A DNA stretch of 64,000 nucleotides from an uncultured delta proteobacterium (GTDB lineage: Bacteria; Desulfobacterota; Binatia; UBA9968): the NCBI GenBank assembly GCA_963771465.1, contig CAVYTU010000014.1, positions 1,096,598 through 1,160,597 of the forward strand. Reading direction: 5' to 3'. Of the stretch, positions 1 to 12,328 are shown piece after piece. The position numbers and the translations under genes are program-made. Position 1 is the stretch's first letter; each line of letters opens with the position of its first letter. The notes under the pieces were generated by a model. That model saw only the letters and a list, made by a program, of their open reading frames with translations. It was not told the origin of the DNA and did no database searches.

Positions 1-78
1 CAGTGACGTGAGCGATGCGCCGGGGCCAAACGCAGCGAGAACTTTGTCGGCGATGCGCTGAGTGATCGGATCAGTCAA
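1..78 (-). CDS. N-terminus of a gene running off the left edge (possibly a phosphotransferase)
   Basis: TTG at 78 opens a frame (M)TDPITQRIADKVLAAFGPGASLTSL that reaches base 1, downstream of the selenoprotein gene. Product is a guess. Confidence 0.35.
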   Translation of the reverse strand, partial: MTDPITQRIADKVLAAFGPGASLTSL

Positions 79-137
79 TTTTTGCCTACGGTCGAGCTTG
101 GACGATTGCGACGGTTGAAGCGAAGATTCGCTGAGCG

Positions 138-174
138 TGAAGTGCCGGCGACCGCCGGTGCGTTAGACTTCTCA
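138..174 (-). promoter_or_regulatory. Bacterial SECIS-like stem-loop
   Basis: mRNA UGA-GAAGU-CUAACGCA-CCGGC-GGUC-GCCGG-C-ACUUCA. Upper stem CCGGC/GCCGG with a G-initiated loop 18 nt after the UGA; lower stem GAAGU/ACUUC. Confidence 0.8.
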
Positions 175-387
175 CGTGCCGCCGAAACCGACCGTGATCT
201 TGCCGGCGTCGACGATGACCGGAATCTTGCGCCGGCCGTTGGTTAACTTGACCATGCGCTCGAGGCCGTCTTCGTCTTTTAGCACGTTGATATATTCGAA
301 TGGGATCTTGCGCCGGGAGAAGTCGGCGCGGGCCGCCGAAGTGTACTGGCAAAGATCCTGTCCGAATATGAGAACTTTTTCGTCCAT
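163..387 (-). CDS. UXX-star family glutaredoxin-like selenoprotein (C-terminus GFGGT-Sec-EV*)
   Basis: Glutaredoxin-like sequence (CQYT, IPVIV, ITVGFGGT). TGA at 174-172 is followed by GAA GTC TAA and a SECIS hairpin. Confidence 0.85.
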
Positions 388-524
388 GAGTCGATTCGCC
401 TCGCGCCGTTCAAGGTTTGCCGCAGCTAAAAAATAAGCAGCCGGGGGCTAAATTGCAAGTGAGTCTACCCCTATGTTACTTTCGTGAGAATTTATTCAAC
501 CGGTTTACCCGTGGAGAGGAATTT

Positions 525-1442
525 GTGACGATCCGCACTGCCATCGCTCAGATCAACCCAAAGCTTGGCGACCTCCAAGCGAACCTTGCGCTGTACGAAG
601 CGAAAATTCGCCAGGGAATCGAACATCGCGCCGAGCTGCTGCTGTTTCCCGAGTTGAGCCTGACCGGTTACTTTCTGCGCGATACCGTACCCAACGTGGC
701 GCTGACGCTCGATTCAGTCGAAATGACCGCGCTCAAAAGATTGAGCCGCGAACTGCCCTTCGTCGCCGGGCTGGTCGAGGAAAGCGCCGATCACCGCTTT
801 TTTAATTCTGCGGTCTATTTCGAGGACGGCGAGATTCGCCACGTGCATCGGAAAGTTTATTTGCCGACCTATGGGATGTTCGACGAGCAGCGCTATTTCG
901 CCAGAGGTGACCGGGTGCGTGCCTTCGATTCCAAGTTTGGCCGCTTGGTGCTGCTCATCTGCGAGGATCTCTGGCACCCATCGACGATCTATCTGGCGGC
1001 GCTCGATGGCGCGTTGGCGGTGATCTGTCCGTCGTCGAGTCCGCTCCGCGGTGTCGTCGATGACCAGGTCCAAGACGACAACGCGCGCTACTGGGAGATG
1101 ATCAACCGGGCTTATGCCGAGACTTATAGTTTGTTCATGCTCTACGCCAACCGCTGTGGCTTTGAAGATGGCGTCGGCTTTTGGGGCGGGTCGGAGATCG
1201 TCGATCCTTTTGGCCAGCGGCTGGCCAAAGCGAAATATTACGACGAGGATTTTATCGTCAGCGAAGTCGCCTTCCAAGCGGTGCGGCGCAAGCGGACGAT
1301 GTCGCCATTATTGCGCGACGAAGATATGGATCTGACGATCAACGAGCTAATGCGCATTCGCGAGCGGCCGGCGGCGACCAAGGGGGTTCAAAAGTTCAAA
1401 AGTTCAAGGGCTCAAGGTTTCCGCAAACCGAAGAAGCGATAA
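525..1442 (+). CDS. Nitrilase/carbon-nitrogen hydrolase, probable stand-alone glutaminase subunit of NAD synthetase
   Basis: Triad motifs [36 protein letters not shown] at 525 after a purine-rich RBS. Directly upstream of nadE. Confidence 0.85.
   Translation: MTIRTAIAQINPKLGDLQANLALYEAKIRQGIEHRAELLLFPELSLTGYFLRDTVPNVALTLDSVEMTALKRLSRELPFVAGLVEESADHRFFNSAVYFEDGEIRHVHRKVYLPTYGMFDEQRYFARGDRVRAFDSKFGRLVLLICEDLWHPSTIYLAALDGALAVICPSSSPLRGVVDDQVQDDNARYWEMINRAYAETYSLFMLYANRCGFEDGVGFWGGSEIVDPFGQRLAKAKYYDEDFIVSEVAFQAVRRKRTMSPLLRDEDMDLTINELMRIRERPAATKGVQKFKSSRAQGFRKPKKR
1386..1417 (+). repeat. 4x 8-mer GTTCAA(AA/GG) periodic repeat inside the 3' end of the hydrolase gene
   Basis: gttcaaaa gttcaaaa gttcaagg gctcaagg. 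Confidence 0.7.
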
Positions 1443-1492
1443 CGATCGCGCATCGAACGAATTGCCGCGAGCGACTCAGCTTGCACTCTCCC

Positions 1493-2314
1493 ATGATCCA
1501 AATTCCCACCAACACTACTTTGTTGCGCGAGATTCTTACCGCGTTCATTCGTAACGAGGTGCACAAGACCGGCCTTAAGCGCGTGGTCATCGGTTTGTCC
1601 GGCGGCGTCGATTCGGCGCTGAGCGCAATGCTCGCCGCAGAGGCCCTCGGGCCGAAAAACGTCTTGGGTATTTTAATGCCGTACAAAAGCTCCAATCCAG
1701 ACAGCCAGGAGCATGCTGAGCTGGTCGCGCAACAAAGCGGCATTGAAACTCTGCTGGTGGAAATCACGCCGCAGATTGACGCCTATTTTGCCAAGTTTGC
1801 GGACGCGGATGCGCGCCGGCGCGGCAATAAGATGGCGCGCGAGCGAATGACGATTCTCTACGATCACTCGGCGCGCTGGAACGCGTTGGTGTTGGGTACA
1901 AGCAATAAGACCGAGCTGCTGCTGGGCTACGGTACGCTCTACGGCGACATGGCTTCAGCGATCAATCCAATGGGTGATCTCTATAAAACTCAGGTGTGGG
2001 CGCTGGCCGAAGCGGTCGGCGTGCCGCCCGCTATCGTGCAAAAAGACCCGTCCGCCGATCTTTGGGTCGGCCAGACCGATGAAGGCGAGTTGGGGTTTAC
2101 CTATCGTGAAGTCGACAAATTGCTCTTCTTAATGGTCGATCAGCGCTACACCCGGGCGGAGCTGATCGCCGCTGGCTTTCCCGAACGCTTTGTCGACGAA
2201 GTCGCGCTCGGCATTATGAATTCGCAATTCAAACGGCGTCTGCCGGTCATCGCCAAGGTGTCGCAGCGCACGATTGACCGTGATTTTCGCTATTCCAGAG
2301 ACTGGGGCAAATGA
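1493..2314 (+). CDS. nadE: NAD+ synthetase (synthetase-only subunit)
   Basis: [42 protein letters not shown] motifs. ATG at 1493. Confidence 0.95.
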   Translation: MIQIPTNTTLLREILTAFIRNEVHKTGLKRVVIGLSGGVDSALSAMLAAEALGPKNVLGILMPYKSSNPDSQEHAELVAQQSGIETLLVEITPQIDAYFAKFADADARRRGNKMARERMTILYDHSARWNALVLGTSNKTELLLGYGTLYGDMASAINPMGDLYKTQVWALAEAVGVPPAIVQKDPSADLWVGQTDEGELGFTYREVDKLLFLMVDQRYTRAELIAAGFPERFVDEVALGIMNSQFKRRLPVIAKVSQRTIDRDFRYSRDWGK

Positions 2315-2315
2315 C

Positions 2316-2458
2316 GGTCGACGATCGAGAATCGATGATTGAGGATGGAAAAATCCAATTCTCATTCTGCGATCTCGGTCGCCGCTACAAAAAATTCTGT
2401 CAAGTAAACCGCGTTAACTCGGTCGCAGTTCTCGATCCTCCATCCTCAATCCTCGACC
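2316..2458. repeat. Inverted heptamer arrays (GATCGAG-like x5 / CTCGATC-like x4)
   Basis: Left ggtcgac gatcgag aatcgat gattgag gatggaa; right ctcgatc ctccatc ctcaatc ctcgacc. Lies between nadE and rsmI. Confidence 0.8.
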
Positions 2459-2474
2459 GGTCTGGGATTCTCTA

Positions 2475-3317
2475 ATGGCGGGGCGGCTCTACATCGTCCC
2501 CACTCCCATCGGTAACCTTGAAGATATCACTCTGCGCGCGCTGCGGATTCTCAAAGAAGTCGATTTGATCGCGGCGGAGGACACGCGTCACACGCAGCAT
2601 CTATTAACTCACTTCGGTATCGATAAACCGCTGACCAGTTATCACGACCATAACGAACGAGAAAAAGCGCTGGCGCTGGTGCAGCAGATCAAGAACGGCG
2701 CAAGCGTCGCGCTGGTTTCCGATGCCGGCACGCCGGCGATCGCCGATCCGGGATTTCGCCTGGTGAGTGCGGCGATTCGCGCTGGCATTCAAATCGTGCC
2801 GCTGCCGGGCGCGTCGGCGCTGGCGACTGCCCTAAGCGCCAGCGGTTTGCCCACCGATCGGTTTTTGTTCGAAGGTTTTTTGCCGGCGAAGAAGCAAGAG
2901 CGAAAGAGCAAGCTGCAAGAGCTGCGTGATTGCACCGCGACTTTGGTTTTTTACGAGGCGCCGCATCGGTTGAATGACACGCTGGGTGACATGCAGCAGA
3001 TTCTCGGCGAGCGTGCCATCGTCATCGCGCGCGAAGTGAGCAAAGTTCACGAGGAGTTTCTGCGCGGTACAGTGAGCGAGGTGATTCACCAGCTCACCGG
3101 TCGGGAAGTAAAAGGCGAGATGACTATCGTCGTGCACGGCTCGACGGGTGAAGCGCGAGTCACTGAAGAGCAGTTACGATCCGATATCCAGCGATTGATC
3201 GGTGAGGGAGTCGGCGTCAAGGAAATATCCGAATTGTTCGGAGAACGCTATGGTTTATCCAAACGCGAGGTTTACCGTTTGACGCTCGCGATCAAGAGTC
3301 AAAAGGGCGCGAAATGA
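2475..3317 (+). CDS. rsmI: 16S rRNA (cytidine1402-2'-O)-methyltransferase
   Basis: LYIVPTPIGNLEDIT, AAEDTR, SDAGTP, FEGFLP, FYEAPHR. Confidence 0.95.
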   Translation: MAGRLYIVPTPIGNLEDITLRALRILKEVDLIAAEDTRHTQHLLTHFGIDKPLTSYHDHNEREKALALVQQIKNGASVALVSDAGTPAIADPGFRLVSAAIRAGIQIVPLPGASALATALSASGLPTDRFLFEGFLPAKKQERKSKLQELRDCTATLVFYEAPHRLNDTLGDMQQILGERAIVIAREVSKVHEEFLRGTVSEVIHQLTGREVKGEMTIVVHGSTGEARVTEEQLRSDIQRLIGEGVGVKEISELFGERYGLSKREVYRLTLAIKSQKGAK

Positions 3318-3493
3318 CGGGCGCGCTTTACCCTAATTCCGTAGCCCGCGCGCATGGGGCGCAATCCATGGATTCATCGCGCGCTATGCGGCGGCTTGCC
3401 GACACCTTTGAAACATAACCGTTGGGTGCCTCCGCGACTCCAGGCTCACAGCGCGTTCGATCGAGGTTCTACCTGCAACTGCGAAATTCGCGC

Positions 3494-3784
3494 TTAGCGG
3501 CGAATGCTAAAGCCGTAAAAATTATTTTCCGGTTTTTCCCAACCAACTTCGACACTGGCGACGCGGGCGCCGGTGGGGCCTTGGCGGCACCAGGCGATTA
3601 GCTCATCAAGTTTTTGCCGCGCGCCCTCGGCGACCGCTTCCACCGAGCCATCGGGACAGTTCATCACCCATCCCGTTAGCCCCAATTTCTGCGCCTCCTG
3701 GAGCGTCGATGCACGATAGTAAACTCCCTGGACGCGCCCGTGGATTTTCAGATGCACGCGAGTCATTTCACCGGCGACAACCAT
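3494..3784 (-). CDS. acyP: Acylphosphatase
   Basis: GRVQGVYYR and GWVMNCPDGSVEAVAEG signature. Confidence 0.93.
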   Translation of the reverse strand: MVVAGEMTRVHLKIHGRVQGVYYRASTLQEAQKLGLTGWVMNCPDGSVEAVAEGARQKLDELIAWCRQGPTGARVASVEVGWEKPENNFYGFSIRR

Positions 3785-3864
3785 GATCGTCTACGGATTG
3801 CTCTAGCCCAGAGCCAACCGCGCTACAAGTCCTGATACCGCGAGAGACCACAGCGCAAATAGAT

Positions 3865-3894
3865 TTGACAAGCGACCGGCGACTTTTGTAGGCT
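3865..3894 (+). promoter_or_regulatory. Putative sigma70 promoter for the RRM gene
   Basis: TTGACA-18 nt-TAGGCT, about 135 nt upstream of the ATG. Confidence 0.5.
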
Positions 3895-4031
3895 GGCGCC
3901 GTTTTGCAAGGGTCCGGTTACCGAAGAGCGCGCCAACAGGTTCCCGTGCGTGAGACTGGTTTGAGGCCTTGCCCTTTGGCTACGTCGATCCCCGAGATTG
4001 AGCATTCGTCGATTCAACAAGGAGGGTCAGT

Positions 4032-4349
4032 ATGGGAGCAAAGTTATATGTTGGAAATCTTCCCTACAACGTCACGGAAGATCGACTGCAGCAACATTTT
4101 GCACAACATGGCTCGGTGCTGAGCGCGCGCATCATCACCGACAAATTCAGCGGCCGTTCCAAGGGTTTCGGCTTTGTCGAGATGAGTTCGGATCAAGACG
4201 CCGAGAAGGCGATCAACGCGCTCAACGGCACCGACTTCGAAGGCCGCAACATCGTGGTCAGCGAAGCGCGCCCGCAAGCGCCGCGCGAACCGCGTTCCGG
4301 TGGTGGCGGGTTCGGCGGCGACCGGCCACCGCGGCGCGACCGCTATTAA
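4032..4349 (+). CDS. RRM (RNP-1) RNA-binding protein with Gly/Arg-rich tail
   Basis: KLYVGNL (RNP2) and SKGFGFVEM (RNP1); GGAGG RBS. Confidence 0.95.
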   Translation: MGAKLYVGNLPYNVTEDRLQQHFAQHGSVLSARIITDKFSGRSKGFGFVEMSSDQDAEKAINALNGTDFEGRNIVVSEARPQAPREPRSGGGGFGGDRPPRRDRY

Positions 4350-4560
4350 CCAGCGCGCCAACGGTAAGCACCCGCACGCCAAGCTCCTGAGTTTTCTTGA
4401 GCTTGCTGCCGCGGTCGCTGCCGGCAACCTCGTAGGTGGTGTTGCCACCGTACAAAGGTCGCGCCGGTGAGCGCGCGCAACAACTTGGCGACCACTTCAC
4501 GATTTTCACCCTGGGCAAGAAGTGCGCGCGCACGATTTTAGCTGCGCCGTTGGGATCGAA
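4350..4560 (-). pseudogene. ligA: Decayed 3' end of a second NAD-dependent DNA ligase (end of HhH region plus BRCT)
   Basis: Fragments in two frames: AQGENREVVAKLLRA-LTGATFV and NTTYEVAGSDRGSKLKKTQELGVRVLT. These match the LigA C-terminus with internal deletions. Confidence 0.75.
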
Positions 4561-4606
4561 ACTAACGGTCGAGGTCACATATATTAGATGGCAATCGTGG
4601 ATTCTC

Positions 4607-6796
<2,190 letters not shown>

Positions 6797-6934
6797 TCAT
6801 CGATCCCTGAATCGCCGGGATGACAAGGCAAGCTGAGTAATGCCGCGCCATAAAAATTAGCATAGTTGCGCGATCGAATGAAGATCGACGATCGCTACAT
6901 TGACCGTCTCAGACCAGCGTGTTAAACCATCGAA

Positions 6935-8680
6935 ATGGGTACTCGCATTTTTCGGACGGCCGTTTTACTGGGCTTTTTGTCCGGCTGCACCACGACGGTA
7001 CCTGAAGTCCAGATGCCGCCGGACGGCATTTCGTGGACGCCAGAGGGGCCATTCCGTAACCAACCGAAAGCCGACATTCCTGCCGAGGCTTTAGCCTACA
7101 ATCACTTTCTCAGGGGCCACGCGTCGCTCGGCGAGGGCGACTTTGAGACGGCGCTCAAAGAATACGAAGCGGCAACCCAGGCAAAACCCGATGAAGCGTT
7201 CTTGCGTTTCCGATTGGCAACGATGTATTTGCGCAAGGGCGATCTTAAGAAAGCGCTCGTCGAAGCCGAAGCGGCGGCCAAGTTCGATCCGAAAAGCGTC
7301 GATCATCATTTGTTGCTGGCGGGACTCTATTCCTCTGTGGGCGACAGTCAAAGGGGCCTGGCTGAGTACAATGAAGTTCTCAAGCTCGATGCCACGAATC
7401 AAGAAGCGCTGCTCTATCTTGGCGCCCTGTACTTACAGTTGGACGACTACGCGCAGTCGACGCAGCGATTAGATGAGCTGCTCAAGCTCGATCCCAACTC
7501 AGCCCTCGGTCACTATTATCTCGGCCGCGTGCGCGCCAAGAGCAAACTCTATTTGGCCGCCGAACAGAGTTATCGCAAGGCGTTAGAGATCAATCCTAAA
7601 TCCGAAGCGGTCTTGATGGATCTGGCTTTGGTTTATGAGCTTGACGGCAAGACCGAAGACGCGATTCAGACCTACCAGCGTTTGCTGCAAGTCAACGCGC
7701 AGAATGTTTGGGCGCGGCGCCGCTTGGGCGAGCTTTATGTCGGACAGAACAAACTCGATGACGCGCTACGCCAGTTCGAAACCCTTGAAGGCGCGGAAAC
7801 CGATCCACGCGAAACTCGGATCAAGATCGGTCTGATTTCCTTTGAGAAGGGCGACTTCGAACGAGCTGCCACGGAATTCAACCTGGTTCTTGCCGGCGAC
7901 CCCGAGAACGATCGGGCGCGCTATTATCTCGGCGCCACCTACGTCGAGCTCAAGTCCGATGACAAGGCGCTGGAGGCGTTCGAGCGTGTGCCGGAGAAAA
8001 GCGAGCTTTACGTCGACGCCCGCGTCCAGGCGGCTTACCTCTACGATCGCAAGGAACAGACTCGAAAAGCGATCGAGGTTTTGCAGCCGGCGCTTAAGAC
8101 GCGCAACGACCGCAAAGAGCTGCACGCGTTCCTGAGCTCACTTTACCGCAAGTCCAAGGATTATCCGCGGGCGATTCAAGCGATGGAGCGGGTGGTCGTG
8201 CTCGATCCCAAGAGCGACGAGGCGCATTTTCAGTTGGGCGCGCTTTACGATGAGAACAAGAACAAAGACAAATCCATCGCGGCGATGAAGCGGGCCATCG
8301 AGATCAATCCCAAGAACGCCCCGGCGCTCAACTACCTGGGTTACACTTGGGCCGAAATGGGCGTCCAATTGGACGAAGCCGAGGATTTGATTCAACGGGC
8401 GCTGAAGATTACGCCCAATGACGGCTTTTATATTGATAGCCTGGGCTGGGTCTATTATCAGCGCGGCGATTTCGCGCGCGCCGTGGAGCACTTGGAGAAA
8501 GCCGTCGAACTCACGGTGGACGATCCGACGATCATCGAACATCTGGCCGACGCCTATGAAAAGATCGGTAGACAGGAACGCGCCGTGACGCGCTACCGGG
8601 ATGCACTCAAACACACCAAAGAAGCGGAACAAACCAAGCGCATCCGCGAGAAAATCCAGCGACTGGAGAGAAAGATTTGA
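6935..8680 (+). CDS. TPR-repeat lipoprotein
   Basis: Lipobox LSGC, many TPRs, ALNYLGYTWAE...YIDSLGWVYY C-terminal motif. Confidence 0.9.
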   Translation: MGTRIFRTAVLLGFLSGCTTTVPEVQMPPDGISWTPEGPFRNQPKADIPAEALAYNHFLRGHASLGEGDFETALKEYEAATQAKPDEAFLRFRLATMYLRKGDLKKALVEAEAAAKFDPKSVDHHLLLAGLYSSVGDSQRGLAEYNEVLKLDATNQEALLYLGALYLQLDDYAQSTQRLDELLKLDPNSALGHYYLGRVRAKSKLYLAAEQSYRKALEINPKSEAVLMDLALVYELDGKTEDAIQTYQRLLQVNAQNVWARRRLGELYVGQNKLDDALRQFETLEGAETDPRETRIKIGLISFEKGDFERAATEFNLVLAGDPENDRARYYLGATYVELKSDDKALEAFERVPEKSELYVDARVQAAYLYDRKEQTRKAIEVLQPALKTRNDRKELHAFLSSLYRKSKDYPRAIQAMERVVVLDPKSDEAHFQLGALYDENKNKDKSIAAMKRAIEINPKNAPALNYLGYTWAEMGVQLDEAEDLIQRALKITPNDGFYIDSLGWVYYQRGDFARAVEHLEKAVELTVDDPTIIEHLADAYEKIGRQERAVTRYRDALKHTKEAEQTKRIREKIQRLERKI

Positions 8681-9495
8681 TCTCGCTCCGTCGCTGCGCA
8701 ACCGCTCCATTCGGGCCCATCGTTTTTTATCTGCTGGTCACGTTCAGTTTCTACTTGACGGGATGCGCGACGGTTGCCAAGACGCTGGCGCCCCAACCGC
8801 CAACGCCGCAGTGGGAATCGGCCAAGTTGATCGAGGCGCTCAGCCAGCGGCGCAAGCAGTTTCGCTCGCTGCGCGCATTGGCGCACGTCAATTATTCGGG
8901 GCCGGAAGGCAAGCATGGGTTCGACGAAGCGGTTTTGGTGCAGCGCCCCGATCGCCTGCGTTTGGAGACGCTGTCGATGTTGGGAGCGATTCTCATCGTC
9001 ACCGCCAACGGTAAAGAGATTATCGGCTATCACCCGCGCGAAGGCGTGATGGTGCGCGGTCAGAGCACGAAAGTGAACTTGCTGCGCTACACGCAAATTC
9101 CCCTGGAGCTGGACGAAATCACCTCGCTCCTTGCAGGGTTGCCGCCGGTGGACGCTTCTGGCCCCTGGCGCCAGGAGGGAAACTCGTTGATGTTCTCGCC
9201 CAACGGCAATCTGAAAGACTCAGTCGCGTTCGAGTCGTCGCAGCCGTTGCCGACCCAGTGGCAGCGTTTCAACGGCAGCGGCGCGGTGGAATTGACCGCC
9301 CAGTTTTCCGACTACATCACGACAGCGGCGGGTTTATTTCCGTCCAAGATCAATATCGAAGCGCCGCTGCAAAAGAAAAAGTTGGAAATCCGTTTTCAAG
9401 GACCGGAATTGAACGCGACGATTCCCGCCGACTCTTTTTCACAACCAAAGCCGCCCCACGTGAAGGAGATTCCCATCGAGATGATCGGGAGTTGA
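8677..9495 (+). CDS. LolB/LolA-fold-like lipoprotein (DUF4292-like)
   Basis: Lipobox LTGC and RPDRLRLE motif; coupled to the TPR gene as in TPR-lolB loci. Confidence 0.6.
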   Translation: MISLRRCATAPFGPIVFYLLVTFSFYLTGCATVAKTLAPQPPTPQWESAKLIEALSQRRKQFRSLRALAHVNYSGPEGKHGFDEAVLVQRPDRLRLETLSMLGAILIVTANGKEIIGYHPREGVMVRGQSTKVNLLRYTQIPLELDEITSLLAGLPPVDASGPWRQEGNSLMFSPNGNLKDSVAFESSQPLPTQWQRFNGSGAVELTAQFSDYITTAAGLFPSKINIEAPLQKKKLEIRFQGPELNATIPADSFSQPKPPHVKEIPIEMIGS

Positions 9496-9501
9496 GCAAA
9501 G

Positions 9502-11271
9502 ATGCGACCCAGCTGGCGACTGATCGTTGCCCTGCTATTTATTATTGGCTGTGGTGACAAAAGCGAAGTCAAAGTCGCCGATGTCAAACCGGAAACGAGC
9601 ACCGAAGACGCCGGCAAGCCTGTGACCGGGGATTGGCTAATTTATCACGAGCTCAGTGATCCCGAGCAACTTAACCCACTCACCAGCAGTGACGCGGTCT
9701 CCAGCGACATCAGCGCATTCATGTTTGAGGCTTTGCTTACCCGTGACCCGCGCACATTGGAAATCAAACCGCTTATCGCTGAGGCGCGGCCGGAAATTGC
9801 GCAGGATAAACTCACCTATACATTCAAGATTCGCAAAGATGCGCGCTTTCAAGATGGCCGTCCAGTAAGCGGCGAAGATGTCCTGTTCAGCGTTAAGGCC
9901 GTCAAGTGTCCGTTTGTCAACGCGCCGTTTCTCCGTGTCTATTACAATTCTTTGATTGATGCCGAGCTCATTGATCCTTATACCATCCGCTTTGTAACCA
10001 AAGAGCCTTACTTTCAGAACGAAAGCGTTTTGGGTGGCGTTCCGCTGCTACCGCGGCATTACTATGATCCGGATAACCTATTGCAGCGCGTATCGGTGAA
10101 GGCGCTCGCCCAAGATCCCGCTAAACTTCCGCCGGAAGTAAAGCAGTTCGGCGAGCAGTTCAATAAGAATTACAATCGCAATCCGCTGGGGTCAGGTCCG
10201 TACAAATTCAACGGCTGGAAAACCGGTAGCGATATCGAGTTAATTCGTAATCCCAATTATTGGGGCAACGGCAAGGAGAGAATTGATCAACCCCACTTGG
10301 ATCGTCTCAAATTTCGCTTCGTGAACAACATGGACGCGGCGCTGAATCGGCTCAAAAGCGGCAGTCTTGACTACATGGAAGCGTTACAGCCGGTGCAGGC
10401 GGTCCGAGGCACAGCTAGCGAAAGGTTTAACCGCGAATTCAAAAAATACGAATACTATGCTCCGACATACACCTATATCGGGTGGAACAACGAGCATCCG
10501 ATTTTTCGCGATAAGCGCGTGCGCCAGGCGATGACTTATTTAACCGACCGCAAGCTGATCGTCAAAAGCGTACTGTTTGGCTTGGGAGAAGTCGTCGACA
10601 GCCATATTTATCTTTTCCGGCCTGAGTACGACAAAAGCCTAGTTAGTTATCCGTTCGATCGACAAAAGGCGCTGGCCTTGCTCGGTGAGGCAGGTTGGAA
10701 AGATACGGACGGCGATGGTGTGCTCGATAAAGTGGTTGACGGTAAGCGAATTCCGCTGCGATTCGAAATCAAGGTGAACTCGGGCAACGCGCTTCGTAAA
10801 AGTGTGGCGCTGGTATTGCTGGATGAGCTAAAAAAGCACGGCATCGCCGCCAGTGTTCGCGAACTCGACTGGACGATCTTTCTCAACGACGTTAAGAATC
10901 ATCATTTTGACGCGGTGGTTCTAGGCTGGCAGATGTCGACGATCGAACCCGATGCCTACCAGGTGTGGCACTCGACACAAGCGGCCAACAAGGGTTCCAA
11001 CGCGATCAGTTATAAAAACTCACGGGTCGACGAAATCCTCGAAAAGTACCGGCGTGAATTTGACGCGCAAAAACGCATTGAAATGTACAAGGAGTTCCAG
11101 CAGATCCTGCACGAGGAGCAGCCTTACACGTTTCTGTTTGTCTCGAAACGGATTTCTGTGGTGCATCGTCGTTTTCAAGGCGTCGAGGTTTTTCCCGACG
11201 GTCTTCGGCCCATCGATTGGTGGGTTCCCACGAGAAATCAAAAATTTGCAACCACGATAGCTGCCCAATAA
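9502..11271 (+). CDS. Peptide ABC transporter substrate-binding lipoprotein (family 5)
   Basis: Lipobox IIGC, DPEQLNP, FQDG.PV..EDV.FS, GSGPYKF, DKRVRQAM. Confidence 0.92.
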   Translation: MRPSWRLIVALLFIIGCGDKSEVKVADVKPETSTEDAGKPVTGDWLIYHELSDPEQLNPLTSSDAVSSDISAFMFEALLTRDPRTLEIKPLIAEARPEIAQDKLTYTFKIRKDARFQDGRPVSGEDVLFSVKAVKCPFVNAPFLRVYYNSLIDAELIDPYTIRFVTKEPYFQNESVLGGVPLLPRHYYDPDNLLQRVSVKALAQDPAKLPPEVKQFGEQFNKNYNRNPLGSGPYKFNGWKTGSDIELIRNPNYWGNGKERIDQPHLDRLKFRFVNNMDAALNRLKSGSLDYMEALQPVQAVRGTASERFNREFKKYEYYAPTYTYIGWNNEHPIFRDKRVRQAMTYLTDRKLIVKSVLFGLGEVVDSHIYLFRPEYDKSLVSYPFDRQKALALLGEAGWKDTDGDGVLDKVVDGKRIPLRFEIKVNSGNALRKSVALVLLDELKKHGIAASVRELDWTIFLNDVKNHHFDAVVLGWQMSTIEPDAYQVWHSTQAANKGSNAISYKNSRVDEILEKYRREFDAQKRIEMYKEFQQILHEEQPYTFLFVSKRISVVHRRFQGVEVFPDGLRPIDWWVPTRNQKFATTIAAQ

Positions 11272-11280
11272 CTATTCCTC

Positions 11281-12312
11281 ATGACCAGTTATCTTTTTCA
11301 ACGTTTGCTATTTATGATTCCGACTTTCATTGGCATTACGATGATCGTATTTCTCATTGTCCGTTTGGCGCCCGGCGATCCGGCCGAACTGCGCGCCGCA
11401 GGCGGGCTCGGCGCCGCTGCGGGCGGCGGTATCTCGGTGGAAAAACGCGGCGCGGTGGACGAAGCGATGGCCCAGTGGCGGGCGCAGTACGGCCTCGATA
11501 AGCCGCTCTATGTTCAATATGCGGTATGGTTGAAGAATATTTTTACATTGAGTTTCGGCGATTCGTTCAAGGACAGCCAACCGGTGTGGGGCAAGATCGC
11601 CGAGCGAGTGCCGGTAACACTCAAGCTTAACTTCTGGTCGATCCTGGTGGTGTATTTGGTGGCAATCCCTTTGGGTATTTATTCGGCCACGCACCAAAAT
11701 TCGATTACCGATCAGGCGACAACTTTGCTTGCCTTCGTGTTGTTTGCCGTGCCGTTGGTTTGGGCCGCGACCATGGCGCTGGTGTTTATCTGCGGCGGCG
11801 ATTTCTACTATTTCTTTCCCCCGGGCGGGCTGGAGTCGCTTGATGCTTCGGCGGATTGGCCGTGGTGGAAAAGATTTCAGGACCACGCCTGGCACTTGTT
11901 TTTACCCGTGGTGCTGCTGTCCTACGACGGTTTTGCCGGATTATCGCGCTACATGCGTTCGAGCATGCTCGAAGTCTTGCGCCAAGATTATGTCCAAGTG
12001 GCCAGAGCGAAGGGGCTGGACGAGGGCGTCGTCGTTTTTAAGCATGTGCTACGGAACTCGCTGATACCGCAAATAACTTTACTCGCGTCTATTCTGCCCG
12101 GACTGATCGGCGGCAGCGTGATTATCGAAACGGTATTTTCTATTCCCGGCCTCGGGCAACTCGGATTCGAGTCAGTCTTATCCCGCGATTATCCCGTGGT
12201 GCTTGCCCTTCTTGCGGTGACCTCGGTCCTAACGCTGATCGGCATTTTGATCTCAGATTTACTTCTGGCTGTCGTGGATCCGAGAATAGCTTTTGGCCGC
12301 AGAGCGCAATAA
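11281..12312 (+). CDS. Peptide ABC transporter permease (OppB/DppB-like)
   Basis: APGDPA, YGLDKP, QDYVQVARAKGL, IETVFSIPGLG. Confidence 0.93.
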   Translation: MTSYLFQRLLFMIPTFIGITMIVFLIVRLAPGDPAELRAAGGLGAAAGGGISVEKRGAVDEAMAQWRAQYGLDKPLYVQYAVWLKNIFTLSFGDSFKDSQPVWGKIAERVPVTLKLNFWSILVVYLVAIPLGIYSATHQNSITDQATTLLAFVLFAVPLVWAATMALVFICGGDFYYFFPPGGLESLDASADWPWWKRFQDHAWHLFLPVVLLSYDGFAGLSRYMRSSMLEVLRQDYVQVARAKGLDEGVVVFKHVLRNSLIPQITLLASILPGLIGGSVIIETVFSIPGLGQLGFESVLSRDYPVVLALLAVTSVLTLIGILISDLLLAVVDPRIAFGRRAQ

Positions 12313-12328
12313 CCCCATTTCAGTGAAC

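Noticed and set aside
3318-3493. Possible rnpB or 6S RNA after rsmI
   Set aside because: A hairpin is present, but there is no GAGGAAAGUCC core or 6S-like long bulged duplex, and the gap is too short for RNase P RNA.
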